The notes under the pieces were generated by a model. It saw nothing but the letters and a program-made list of their open reading frames with translations. It did not search any database and had not been told where the DNA came from. A DNA stretch of 61,547 bases, filler included. It is 6 parts of 6 records of this genome, joined end to end, with 100 filler letters (N's around TTAATTAATTAA, not from the genome) between each part and the next. Parts side by side here need not be neighbours in the genome. Positions count along the whole stretch, not along the records: positions 47,792 to 54,286 come from SRR2962707_5530; positions 54,387 to 61,547 come from SRR2962707_5531; 4 more parts are not named here. The stretch is one strand, 5' to 3'. Positions within the stretch are counted from its first letter, which is position 1. Each line of letters opens with the position of its first letter. Of this stretch, positions 52,417 through 61,547 are shown in pieces. The translations under genes and the position numbers were made by a program.

Positions 52417-53598
52417 ATGAAAGCCTTATTGATAAGGGCCGCCACGCTTCTCGTTCTGCTCACCGGTATCGCTACCGTCAGTGCCGAAGACCTGCGCCTG
52501 TCACCGGAACAGAAAGCGAAAATGGAAAAGCTGCTGCCCGGGGTCACCATCAGTGATTCGCTGGTATCGGAACTGGCCAGTGTCTTTTATTCACGGGACA
52601 TGCCGGTGCGGGTGCGGCTCAAGGCGATCAGCAAGTTGGTGGGCATCGACCAGATGCCGCCAGGCACCGCGCTCAAGCGCAAAATCTGTATCTGGGACAT
52701 CGCCGGCCGCAATGGACCGATCTTTCACGCCGCCATGGAGCAGCGGGCTCTGGCGCTGGAGTACGGCATCAATCTGGAAATGATCCCGTTCACCAATGAG
52801 TCGATCATGGTGGATGAATTGAAAGCCGGCCGCTGCGACGCGGCGCTGATGACCGGCTTTCGTGCCCGTGATTTCAATGTCTACACTGGCACCATCGATT
52901 CCATCGGCGGGGTGCCGGACAACGACCACATGCGCACCCTGCTGGAAGTACTCGCCCATCCCAGCCAGGCGGACAAAATGGTGCATGGCGACTATGTGAT
53001 CATGGGCGTGTACCCCGGCGGTGCCGCCCATATCTTCGTCAACGACAAACAGATCAGTTCCCTGGCCAAGGCCGCCGGCAAGAAAGTGGTGGTGCTGGAC
53101 TACGACAAGACCCAGGCGGAGATGGTCGCCGGTATCGGCGCCACGCCGGTGCCCTCGGATATCGTCAGCGCCCCGAACAAATTCAACAACGGCGTGGTGG
53201 ATATTCTGGCCGCCCCGCTGATCGCCTACGAGCTTCTGGAGTTGTACAAGGGGATGACGCCGGACGGCGGTATCGTCGATTTTCCGCTGGCGCAGATCAG
53301 CATGCAGCTGGTGGGCCGGCTGGACAAATTTCCCAACGAGATCGCCCAACTGGTGCGCGAGGCGTCTTTCGAGGCCTACGACCGCATCCGCGCACGGGTG
53401 AAGGTCGAGGAGGACCGGGTACCGGACCGCTGGTGGATCCATATCCCGGACAAGGAGCGCCGCGTTTACGAAAGCATGATGCAGGACGCCCGCAATGTAT
53501 TGCGCAAGCAAGGCTACTACGACGGCCGCATGCTCGACCTGCAGAAGCGGATCCGCTGCAAATACACGCCGTCTCGCGGTGAGTGTTCCAATTCCTGA
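52417..53598 (+). CDS. Putative solute-binding protein (DUF6091/AdeT-like)
   Basis: Signal peptide; CIWD..G.NG, CDAA..TG.RAR.FN, FVND, KFNNG, RCK......EC. Confidence 0.7.
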   Translation: MKALLIRAATLLVLLTGIATVSAEDLRLSPEQKAKMEKLLPGVTISDSLVSELASVFYSRDMPVRVRLKAISKLVGIDQMPPGTALKRKICIWDIAGRNGPIFHAAMEQRALALEYGINLEMIPFTNESIMVDELKAGRCDAALMTGFRARDFNVYTGTIDSIGGVPDNDHMRTLLEVLAHPSQADKMVHGDYVIMGVYPGGAAHIFVNDKQISSLAKAAGKKVVVLDYDKTQAEMVAGIGATPVPSDIVSAPNKFNNGVVDILAAPLIAYELLELYKGMTPDGGIVDFPLAQISMQLVGRLDKFPNEIAQLVREASFEAYDRIRARVKVEEDRVPDRWWIHIPDKERRVYESMMQDARNVLRKQGYYDGRMLDLQKRIRCKYTPSRGECSNS

Positions 53599-53620
53599 GC
53601 GCCAGTTGGAGACGCGAACC

Positions 53621-54286
53621 ATGATCCACCGCTGGCTGTATACCGCCCTGCCCCTGCTGGCGCTGCTTGGCCTGCCCCCCGCTCTGATGGCTCAACAGAG
53701 CGAAGAACCGGCTCCCGGCGCGGTCACCAAGGCGTTCCAGGAGCGCCGCCATCTGACCATCTGCATTTGGGATCTGGTCGGCCGCAACGGGCCGATTTTC
53801 TCCGTGGCCCAGGATCAGAAGGCCCGTTTCCTGGAGTATGGCCTCAACATTGATCTGGAGCCCTATACCAATGAGCGGGTCATGGTCGAGGCGCTCAAGG
53901 CACGCCAGTGCGACGCGGCCCTGATGACCGGCATGCGCGCGCGGCTTTTCAACAAGTACACCGGCACCATCGATTCCATCGGCGGCGTGCCCAGTGAAGA
54001 GCACATGCGCATCCTGCTGGAGGTATTGGCCAATCCGAAATCGGCACCGCGCATGGTGGAAGGTGACTACGTGATCCTCGGCATCGCTCCCGCCGGCGCC
54101 GCCTATATTTTCGTCAACGACAAACGCATCAATACCCTGGCCAAGGCCGCCGGCAAGAAAGTGGCGGTTCTGGATTACGACCCGACGCAGGCGGAGATGG
54201 TCGCCCAGGTGGGAGCGTCACCGGTGCCATCGGATCTGGTCAGCGCGCCCAACAAGTTCAACAACGGCGTGGTGGATGTGCTGGCG
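53621..54286 (+). CDS. Second DUF6091/AdeT-like paralog, 3'-truncated
   Basis: Same motifs as the upstream gene, including the shared YTGTIDSIGGVP and SAPNKFNNGVVD. Confidence 0.75.
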
Positions 54287-54386
54287 NNNNNNNNNNNNNN
54301 NNNNNNNNNNNNNNNNNNNNNNNNNNNNNNTTAATTAATTAANNNNNNNNNNNNNNNNNNNNNNNNNNNNNNNNNNNNNNNNNNNN
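54287..54386. other. Artificial contig linker
   Basis: N44-TTAATTAATTAA-N44. Confidence 0.99.
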
Positions 54387-54921
54387 CCGCGCCAAGGCGA
54401 TCAATTTCGGCATCATTTACGGCATTTCTGCCTTTGGTCTTGCCAATCAATTGTCGATCTCGCGCGGAGAAGCGGGCGACTATATCAAAATGTATTTTGA
54501 GCGCTTCCCCGGCATCAAAGACTATATGGAAGAAACCAAGCAAACCGCGCGTGAGCTTGGCTATGTGGAAACCATTTTTGGCCGCCGCATTCACTATCCT
54601 GAGATCAAATCCAGCAATCCGCAAATGCGCGCCTTTAATGAACGCGCCGCGATCAATGCACCAATCCAAGGCTCTGCCGCTGATGTGATCCGCCGCGCAA
54701 TGATCCGCATGGAGCCTGCGCTTGATGCCGCCAAACTGTCAGCCAAAATGCTGCTGCAAGTGCATGATGAGTTGATCTTTGAAGTGGCGGACGATGAAAT
54801 TGACGCGACAATTCCGGTGATCAAGCAGGTTATGGAAAATGCCGCCATGCCTGCCATCGACATGAAAGTGCCACTGGCTGTCGATGCGCAAGCGGCCAAT
54901 AATTGGGACGAGGCGCATTAG
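54387..54921 (+). CDS. polA: DNA polymerase I, 3' part
   Basis: AKAINFGIIYG, ERAAINAPIQGSAAD, LLQVHDEL. Confidence 0.97.
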
Positions 54922-54930
54922 CGCTTTGCC

Positions 54931-55353
54931 CTACTCTTTCACAACCCGCTCGAACACATCCAGCGTCACCTGCGATACATGGTGCTCAATGCCTTCGGCA
55001 TCGAGTTCGGCAATGTCTTCAGGCACGCCTAGTTTCATCAAAAATTCCACAATTGTGCGGTGGCGCGCTCGCACACGGTCGGCAAGGGCGGTGCCTTCCT
55101 CGGTTAAAAACACGCCGCGATAGGGCCGTGATGTCGCCAAGCCTTCGCGCTTGAGCCGCGCGATGGATTTTGTCGCCGTTGGCTGCGCCACGCCCATGCG
55201 TTCGGCAATATCAGCCACCCGCGCTTCGCCAAATTCAGCTATCAGATCACCGATCAATTCCACATAATCTTCCAGCAGCGCGGCCGCTTGGGCTTCGCGC
55301 GCGCGGGCAAAGCGGTTCACCGGCTGATCATGGTCAAGAAACGTGTCTGTCAT
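54931..55353 (-). CDS. mntR: Mn-sensing DtxR-family regulator MntR
   Basis: EDYVELI.DL, PYRGVFLT, DAEGIEHHVS (E. coli-type MntR). Confidence 0.93.
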   Translation of the reverse strand: MTDTFLDHDQPVNRFARAREAQAAALLEDYVELIGDLIAEFGEARVADIAERMGVAQPTATKSIARLKREGLATSRPYRGVFLTEEGTALADRVRARHRTIVEFLMKLGVPEDIAELDAEGIEHHVSQVTLDVFERVVKE

Positions 55354-55384
55354 CGTGCACCTCCTAGCGTGCAGAGAAGACATT

Positions 55385-55398
55385 ATAGCATCTGCTAT
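55385..55398. promoter_or_regulatory. MntR box 1 (mntR side)
   Basis: ATAGC-ATCT-GCTAT matches the ATAGC-N4-GCTAT core. Confidence 0.75.
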
Positions 55399-55483
55399 CT
55401 TTCATGCCAGCCATATCGCGCACCTATTTTTTCCCTGATGCTAAAGCACCAGAAAATTTCAAAGATTGCCTCTTGACCAAAGT

Positions 55484-55497
55484 ATAGCTATGGCTAT
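55484..55497. promoter_or_regulatory. MntR box 2 (mntH promoter)
   Basis: ATAGC-TATG-GCTAT just downstream of a TTGACC -35 element (55473-55478). Confidence 0.8.
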
Positions 55498-55531
55498 TTT
55501 AGTAATCTAAGGCGATATTTCTTTGGCTCCC

Positions 55532-56818
55532 ATGAAAGACATTTCAGCACGTACACAAAACGGCATTGCAGCAGTCCTGCGCGGTGAAAAGCGCGGATGG
55601 CAAAGCCGCCTATTGTTCGCCGGTCCGGCAATTATCGCCTCGGTCGCCTATATGGATCCGGGCAATTACGCCACCAATGTGCAGGCTGGCGCGAAATATG
55701 GCTACAAGCTGCTCTGGGTGGTTTTGCTCGCTAATTTGATCGCCATGTTGTTTCAGGCTCTATCGGCAAGGCTGGGCATCGTAACGGGCAAAAACCTCGC
55801 TGAAATCTCCCGCGATTATCTGCCCCGCCCTTTGGTTTGGGTCATGTGGGCGGTGTCAGAAGTCGCTGCCATGGCAACCGATTTGGCTGAATTTTTGGGC
55901 GGCGCGATTGGCCTGTCGCTGCTCTTTGGTTTGCCGCTCATGGTCGGCATGGTTATCACCGCTATCGTTACCTATGCGATTTTGATTTTGGCCGGTCGCG
56001 GATTTCGCCCAATGGAGCTGATCATAGGCGCGCTCGTCGGCGTGATCGGTCTTTGTTATCTGGCCGAAATTTTAATCGCGCCGATTGATTGGCCGGCTGC
56101 AGGCATGGGCATGATGACGCCGATGCTACCCGATACGCAGGCACTGATTATCTCGGTTGGCATCATTGGCGCAACCGTTATGCCCCATGCTATTTATTTG
56201 CATTCCGGCCTGATGCAATCGCGCGCTATTTCACACGATGATGCAGACCGCCGCAAAGTGCTTCGCTTTTCAAATATTGAAGTTGTCTTGGCGCTTGCCG
56301 TGGCGGGCATGGTCAATATGGCCATGGTGATGATGGCCGCGAGCGCCTTTCACCAAGGCCATTCCGAAGTGGCTGAAATTGAAACCGCTTACCACACGCT
56401 GACGCCGTTGCTGGGCGCTGCCTCGGCGAGCATATTTTTGACCTCGCTCATTGCGTCGGGCATTTCCAGTTCTGTCGTTGGCACCATGGCCGGACAGATG
56501 ATTATGCAAGGCTTCTTAAACTTCCATGTGCCCATTTGGGTGCGCCGCTTGGTGACGATGATCCCCGCTTTTGCCGTCATTGCAGCAGGCGTCAACGCCA
56601 CGCAGGCATTGGTTGTGTCTCAAGTGATTTTGTCTATCGCATTGCCCGTGCCGATGTTGGCCTTGCTTTATTTCTCAACGCGCAAAGATGTCATGGGCAA
56701 ATTTGCCATTGGCCCAGTCTTCCATGTTTTGGCGCTGGCTGGTTCCTGCGCCGTGCTGGGGCTAAACTTCGTTTTGCTTGCCTATACGTTTGGCTTTTCA
56801 CTGCCGTTTTTGGGGTAG
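55532..56818 (+). CDS. mntH: Nramp-family Mn2+ transporter
   Basis: AYMDPGN, GATVMPH, GTMAGQ; start at 55523 or 55532. Confidence 0.95.
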   Translation: MKDISARTQNGIAAVLRGEKRGWQSRLLFAGPAIIASVAYMDPGNYATNVQAGAKYGYKLLWVVLLANLIAMLFQALSARLGIVTGKNLAEISRDYLPRPLVWVMWAVSEVAAMATDLAEFLGGAIGLSLLFGLPLMVGMVITAIVTYAILILAGRGFRPMELIIGALVGVIGLCYLAEILIAPIDWPAAGMGMMTPMLPDTQALIISVGIIGATVMPHAIYLHSGLMQSRAISHDDADRRKVLRFSNIEVVLALAVAGMVNMAMVMMAASAFHQGHSEVAEIETAYHTLTPLLGAASASIFLTSLIASGISSSVVGTMAGQMIMQGFLNFHVPIWVRRLVTMIPAFAVIAAGVNATQALVVSQVILSIALPVPMLALLYFSTRKDVMGKFAIGPVFHVLALAGSCAVLGLNFVLLAYTFGFSLPFLG

Positions 56819-56841
56819 GTGATAAACCCCACCCAAAATCC

Positions 56842-57738
56842 TCACAGATCATCAAAGCAATTGACGACATGGTCGGCTACAGCCTGCGAACAGCAGCCTG
56901 CATTTTCTTTAATCAACATGCGCACCTGATAGGTATCAAGTTCCGGCAAGCCGTCCTTTTCGCCAAGGCGCACCATCGGCGGTTGGATTAAGCAGACCGG
57001 CATTGGCGCAACCGCCAGATCGGCAATCACGGCAGCGCGCTGCGCAACCGATTGTGCGCTCATATAAGCAATGCGGTATGGCTTGGCGACTTTATCGAGC
57101 GCGCGCATGGCGCTTCTGCGCCAAGAGCAGGTCGGCTCCCAAGTCGAAACGGGCAGCGGGTTTTTCTTATAGGCGCAGCCATTTTTAACGCCCGCCCATG
57201 CAAGCTCTTCCTCATGCACAATCTGCGCACGTGGCTCCAGCGGATTGCGGTCGCTCGATGTGTATAACATCACATCAATCTGGCCATTTTCAAAACGCTC
57301 AATCAGGCTCGGCGATGAATCGATAATCACATCAACGGCCACATTCGGGTGGCTCTCATCAAAGCGTTTGAGAATGTCAGGCAGCAGTCGGTCGCCAAAA
57401 TTATCCGGCGCACCGAGGCAAACCGTGCCTTCCATCTCCGGCATAATGAACCGCGCCATCATCTCATTGGAGATCGCTAATATGCGCCGCGCATAAGAGA
57501 GTAGCACTTCGCCTTCAGAGGTCACTGCAACCGAACGACTATCACGGGCAAAAACTGAAACGCGCAAATTTTCTTCTAGCTTTTTGATTTGCATGGACAC
57601 AGCAGATGGCGTGCGGAACACTTTTTCCGCCGCTTTAGAAAAGCTGCCCGTATCGGCAATCGCAACGAATGTGCGCAAGACGTCAATATCAACGCCGGCC
57701 AGCGCATTCACATTAATCGGACTATTGGGCACGTTCAT
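56842..57738 (-). CDS. LysR family regulator
   Basis: LRTFVAIADTGSFSKAAEKVFRTPSAVSMQIKKLE. Confidence 0.93.
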   Translation of the reverse strand: MNVPNSPINVNALAGVDIDVLRTFVAIADTGSFSKAAEKVFRTPSAVSMQIKKLEENLRVSVFARDSRSVAVTSEGEVLLSYARRILAISNEMMARFIMPEMEGTVCLGAPDNFGDRLLPDILKRFDESHPNVAVDVIIDSSPSLIERFENGQIDVMLYTSSDRNPLEPRAQIVHEEELAWAGVKNGCAYKKNPLPVSTWEPTCSWRRSAMRALDKVAKPYRIAYMSAQSVAQRAAVIADLAVAPMPVCLIQPPMVRLGEKDGLPELDTYQVRMLIKENAGCCSQAVADHVVNCFDDL

Positions 57739-57853
57739 GTGTTTGCTTCCTTCAAAATAGTAAGATCAACAAAATTGAATGATCAAGTCAAATCTATTCG
57801 TTTGATTGAAGCATGGAAAATACTCATTGTCTAGCCACAACAGGAGAAGAACC

Positions 57854-58147
57854 ATGACTTGTATTGATCACAATGAAATCGGCATCGCTCAACAAAGCCT
57901 CATCCAAGCAGGATGGGCAAAAGTGACACGCCTTTTAAACGATCTGCGCGAACATCACGCTGAAGTGCGCCAGCAAAAACTCACCCGCCAAGCGTTCCTA
58001 AACTTGGTCGGCAAGGAAGAATGGCTTTACCGCGATTTAGGTCTCTGCGCTGCCGATGTGGAGTGGGCATCACGTCTACCGCTTCATATCAATGCGGCTG
58101 AAGAGCTGGAAAAACGCCGCTGCGATGGGCTTAGGATTTCCAAGTAA
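57854..58147 (+). CDS. Small protein, degenerate DUF1127-like
   Basis: AGGAGA RBS; L....E.LYRDLGL...DV resembles the DUF1127 core; divergent from LysR. Confidence 0.65.
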   Translation: MTCIDHNEIGIAQQSLIQAGWAKVTRLLNDLREHHAEVRQQKLTRQAFLNLVGKEEWLYRDLGLCAADVEWASRLPLHINAAEELEKRRCDGLRISK

Positions 58148-59024
58148 CATCGTAGAGATCGGTGCGCCGATCTGCCAAATTGCGCACAGAACCAGCAATG
58201 CGGGCGCTATTGAGCGCCTGCATATCAAGGTCGGCGACGATCACTTGCTCGATATTGGGCGTTGCTTCTGCGGCTATGCCATCGCGCGAAAAGCCAAGGT
58301 CTGACGGCGTTAAAATTGCCGATTGCGCATAGGCCATATCTAGATTTGCAACATTGGACATCATGCCCACTAAACCCGATGTCACCACATAGCTTTGGTT
58401 TTCGACCGTGCGCGCATGGCAGCAATAGCGCACGCGCAAATGGCCGTGGCGTGTATCGGTGCAATAGGGCACGAAAATTAAACCCACACCTTGCGCCGCG
58501 TGGCTGCGGCCAAGTTCTGGAAATTCGCTGTCATAGCAAATTTGAATGCCGATCGGCCCGCAGTCGGTTTCAATGGCGCTGACGCCATTGCCGCCGCCAA
58601 TGTGCCATACGCCGCGTTCATCGGGTGTTGGGTGCAGTTTTGCCTGCTCGGCGAGTGTTCCATCGCGCCGCGCAACAAAGGCAATATTTTGCGTTGAACC
58701 ATCAGGCAGCCGTGTCGCATGGGATCCGCCAATAATGTTGATATCGTATTTTTTTGCCAGATCAGACAAGTTCGCTTTAAGCGCATCGGTATAGTCTGTC
58801 AGCCGGTCAATGGCTTTTGCCGGCGCAAGCATCGTCTCTTCGCCCGATAGTAGCTGCAATGTGTAATGTTCTGGAAAGCACACAAAGTCTGCGCGATAAT
58901 CCGCAGCTGTTGCGGTCAAATGATCAAGGCGCTTAAAAAAGCTTTGCGCATCCGGTGTTTGCTGCAATCCCATCTGCACGGAAGCAACGCGGATTTTTGG
59001 CTTATAGGCGGGCGATAGTTCCAT
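58131..59024 (-). CDS. Carbon-nitrogen hydrolase (nitrilase superfamily)
   Basis: Catalytic triad in FPE, KLH and ICYD.EFPE. Confidence 0.9.
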   Translation of the reverse strand: MELSPAYKPKIRVASVQMGLQQTPDAQSFFKRLDHLTATAADYRADFVCFPEHYTLQLLSGEETMLAPAKAIDRLTDYTDALKANLSDLAKKYDINIIGGSHATRLPDGSTQNIAFVARRDGTLAEQAKLHPTPDERGVWHIGGGNGVSAIETDCGPIGIQICYDSEFPELGRSHAAQGVGLIFVPYCTDTRHGHLRVRYCCHARTVENQSYVVTSGLVGMMSNVANLDMAYAQSAILTPSDLGFSRDGIAAEATPNIEQVIVADLDMQALNSARIAGSVRNLADRRTDLYDVTWKS

Positions 59025-59040
59025 TGGATAACCTTCAAGT

Positions 59041-59076
59041 AAAATGCCGCCGGAGACTGGTCACCGGCGGCATATT
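59041..59076 (-). terminator. Rho-independent terminator after the BMP gene
   Basis: ATGCCGCCGG-N10-CCGGCGGCA followed by TTTT on the minus strand. Confidence 0.75.
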
Positions 59077-59103
59077 CTAAACGCTTCTATTAATCGCTAG
59101 CGA

Positions 59104-60090
59104 TCAGTATGGGCAGCTATTGTCGCTCATAAAGTCATGAACTTCAACTTCACCAGAAATGATTGCTGCGCGCGCTGCTTCAACAGCTGCAAGCATATCT
59201 TCTGTTACCAATGGCTTGTTGTTGTCGTCCATCGCAAGATCAACGCCGCCTTCTTTAAGGCCAAGAACGCTGAAACCTGAAGTCCAAGTGCCGCCTTCTG
59301 AGCCGTCTTTGAATGCATTGTAAACAGCTGTGTCAACGCGCTTTTGCATTGATGTTAGGATCTTACCAGGCTGCATGCCGTTCTGGTTTGAGTCAACGCC
59401 AATTGCCAGTTTGCCGGCATCTGCAGTCGCCTGCATAACACCAACGCCAGTGCCGCCAGCGGCATGATAAATCACATCTGCGCCTTGTGCGATCTGTGCT
59501 TTTGCAATCTCGCCGCCTTTAACCGGATCGTTCCATGCTGCTGGTGTATCGCCAGTCATGTTTTCGATCACTGTGTCATTGGCATCAACAGATTTTACGC
59601 CGCCTTTATAGCCGCAGGCAAAACGAGAAATAAGTGGAATGCCCATGCCGCCAACGAAGCCGACTGTGCCAGTTTCAGAGGCTTTTGCCGCCATAACGCC
59701 AGCAAGGTATGAACCTTCTTGCTCTTTAAAGACAACTGAGCGCACATTTGGAAGATCAACAACCATGTCGATAATCGCAAATTTTGTGTCTGGGAATTCT
59801 TTTGCAACTGTTTCTACGGCTTGGCCGAATGTGAAACCAGCAACCACGATCGGCGAATTGCCGTCAGAAGCAAATTTGCGGAGTGCTTGCTCGCGCTGCG
59901 CATCGTTCTGGATTTCAAAATCGCGGTAACCCATGCCAGTGTCGGCTTTGAATTTTTCAGCGCCTGTATAGGCAGCTTCATTGAATGATTTGTCGAACTT
60001 ACCACCCAAGTCATAAACAAGTGCTGGCTCTGCCTGTGCTGCAAAAGTTAGGGCAGTTGATGCCAAAACGCTTAACATAATACGCTTCAT
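59104..60090 (-). CDS. BMP-family ABC substrate-binding protein (nucleoside type)
   Basis: GGKFDKSFN, F.E.EGSYLAG, AAGGTG.G, IGVDSNQN. Confidence 0.92.
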   Translation of the reverse strand: MKRIMLSVLASTALTFAAQAEPALVYDLGGKFDKSFNEAAYTGAEKFKADTGMGYRDFEIQNDAQREQALRKFASDGNSPIVVAGFTFGQAVETVAKEFPDTKFAIIDMVVDLPNVRSVVFKEQEGSYLAGVMAAKASETGTVGFVGGMGIPLISRFACGYKGGVKSVDANDTVIENMTGDTPAAWNDPVKGGEIAKAQIAQGADVIYHAAGGTGVGVMQATADAGKLAIGVDSNQNGMQPGKILTSMQKRVDTAVYNAFKDGSEGGTWTSGFSVLGLKEGGVDLAMDDNNKPLVTEDMLAAVEAARAAIISGEVEVHDFMSDNSCPY

Positions 60091-60171
60091 ACGAGTTCAC
60101 CTTACTATTAAAATTACAATCAGCAGCGCAACGCGATCTCCTATCGCCAAGCGCCGCCACTAAGATGGAAT

Positions 60172-60187
60172 TTCACCACTTGGTAAA
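60172..60187. promoter_or_regulatory. RutR-box-like operator
   Basis: TTCACCA-CT-TGGTAAA versus TTGACCA-nn-TGGTCAA (two mismatches). Confidence 0.55.
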
Positions 60188-60302
60188 ATTGTTGCACGGC
60201 CAAATCCGAAAATCACCTAAAATTTCGTATTTAGCATCACTTTATTTAACATTATGGCGCAAATCTGACGTGACATCGCATGTTACGTAGCGTCGGATCG
60301 CG

Positions 60303-60950
60303 TTAAATGGCGCAAGAAACGCCGGTGCCGCGCAAATTGCAGTAGCCGTTCGGATTTTTCGCTAGATATTGCTGATGATAATCTTCTGCGAAGTAAAAAA
60401 TATCGAGCAGCGCAATCTCAGTGGTTATCTTAGCCATATGCCCGCCTTTGTTGAGCGCCGTTTGGTAGGCATCGCGGCTTGCTTTAACGGCGGCAAGCTG
60501 TGTCTCATTGGTGGTGTAAACAGCAGAACGATAAGTCGTGCCCACATCATTGCCTTGGCGCATGCCCTGTGTCGGGTCGTGTTTTTCCCAAAAGGCTTTG
60601 AGGATTGTATCAAGCGAAATTTTAGCAGGGTCATAGACGACCTTAACCACTTCTGTGTGCCCGGTCATGCCGGTGCAGGTTTCCTGATAGGTAGGGTTTT
60701 TGGTAAATCCACCTGCATAGCCAGCCGCGGTGACATGAACGCCCTCGAGCTGCCAAAACACACGTTCGACACCCCAGAAACAGCCCATGCCCAAATAGAT
60801 AACTTCCATGCCATCGGGATATGGCCCAACCATATTCTCGCCATTGACGAAATGGTGCGGTGAAAGTGGCAATGGCGCATCGCGGCCAGGCAGCGCTGAC
60901 GCGGCATCAATCATTTTTGATTTATTGGCAAACATATCGGTCAAAAACAT
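60303..60950 (-). CDS. msrA: Peptide methionine sulfoxide reductase A
   Basis: [31 protein letters not shown]. Confidence 0.96.
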   Translation of the reverse strand: MFLTDMFANKSKMIDAASALPGRDAPLPLSPHHFVNGENMVGPYPDGMEVIYLGMGCFWGVERVFWQLEGVHVTAAGYAGGFTKNPTYQETCTGMTGHTEVVKVVYDPAKISLDTILKAFWEKHDPTQGMRQGNDVGTTYRSAVYTTNETQLAAVKASRDAYQTALNKGGHMAKITTEIALLDIFYFAEDYHQQYLAKNPNGYCNLRGTGVSCAI

Positions 60951-60987
60951 TTTTCGCTCCTACAAGCTTGTGTAGATAGAAACGCGA

Positions 60988-61311
60988 TTACCGATCTAGA
61001 AACTGTCCATGTCGGCGCTGGCGCTTATATCCCAAAATATAAAATAACGCGGACAGACCCGCGAATACAGCAAATGTGGGCCATTTAAGCACAGTTGCAA
61101 GGACCGGATCGATCAACAAAGGGTGAGCGTTCGTAACCAGCCAATCTGAAAATTGTGAAAGGCTTGCAGGAAAGTAGTTGGCCCAGCTTTCGCCCAATGC
61201 GGTAAACACAAATGCCGAAACGCCAACGGAACGCGTTGCATCAATAACGCCAAACATAACCGCCAGAGCTAGGCAGATAAGGGAAATTGCGCGCAATAAA
61301 AAACGGATCAT
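60988..61311 (-). CDS. Small membrane protein, hypothetical
   Basis: 107 aa with two hydrophobic segments and a basic tail. Confidence 0.7.
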   Translation of the reverse strand: MIRFLLRAISLICLALAVMFGVIDATRSVGVSAFVFTALGESWANYFPASLSQFSDWLVTNAHPLLIDPVLATVLKWPTFAVFAGLSALFYILGYKRQRRHGQFLDR

Positions 61312-61514
61312 AGTGGCATTTATCTACAAAATTAGAATGAGTAGTCGTGTTTAGGCGCAATAGAGGCAAAAAACAATTACTTTGCGTCAATTCAGATTTA
61401 AAGATGATGGCAGATCAGGGCTTATCAATTAAATTGAGGGGTTGCAGCCGTCTGCGCCACGCGCTAGGAGATCGCGTCCCACTCGGGTTAACCGCTGAGT
61501 GTTGAAAATGGAAT

Positions 61515-61547
61515 GGTGAGGTGGCCGAGTGGTTGAAGGCGCACGCC
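61515..61547 (+). tRNA. tRNA-Ser, 5' part (cut before the anticodon; probably GGA)
   Basis: GGTGAGGTGGCCGAGTGGTTGAAGGCGCACGCC matches the 5' half of bacterial tRNA-Ser. Confidence 0.85.

Noticed and set aside
60268..60288. Dyad ACGTGACAT-CGC-ATGTTACGT after msrA
   Set aside because: Cannot tell a weak terminator from an operator or chance; no supporting context.

Overview
This window is not one genome. It is six unrelated assembly contigs joined by identical 100-bp artificial linkers (N44-TTAATTAATTAA-N44). All family and taxon calls below come from recognising motifs by eye; no searches were run. (1) 1-14234: high-GC alphaproteobacterium with a sulfite reductase and DUF2849 gene, an NMT1/THI5-type ABC transporter operon containing a DUF4153-like gene, a DUF1214/DUF1254 pair, uup, PBP1A, ycgN, a PiT transporter behind a triple PHO box, and a Nudix hydrolase. 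(2) 14335-26330: eukaryotic (protist-like) DNA with two convergent spliced genes that I reconstructed by hand: a 9-exon, 1501-aa WW-motor-MyTH4 myosin and a 10-exon, 1647-aa protein with C2-like and DUF1765-like regions. (3) 26431-36629: Marinobacter-like sufCDS-A-T-E, flgT/flgP, a TraF-like barrel, cca, folM and a thiolase. (4) 36730-47691: Rhodospirillales-like smc, a 17-residue-repeat beta-roll protein behind a consensus sigma54 promoter, lrp, dsbA, dciA, mutY, an Hpt-like gene lacking its His, apt, an aminotransferase and a TAXI receptor. (5) 47792-54286: Alcanivorax-like gyrA, mtaD-ubiG-mupP-yciK and two tandem DUF6091-like binding proteins. (6) 54387-61547: lower-GC Rhizobiales-like polA, mntR/mntH, LysR with a DUF1127-like gene, a nitrilase-family gene, a BMP binding protein, msrA and the start of a tRNA-Ser. 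I saw no CRISPR array, prophage, transposase or defence island. The best candidates for something undescribed are the sigma54/ftr-like-controlled beta-roll protein, the His-less Hpt coupled to apt, and the IQ-less myosin with a helical-repeat neck and an LF-acidic tail.
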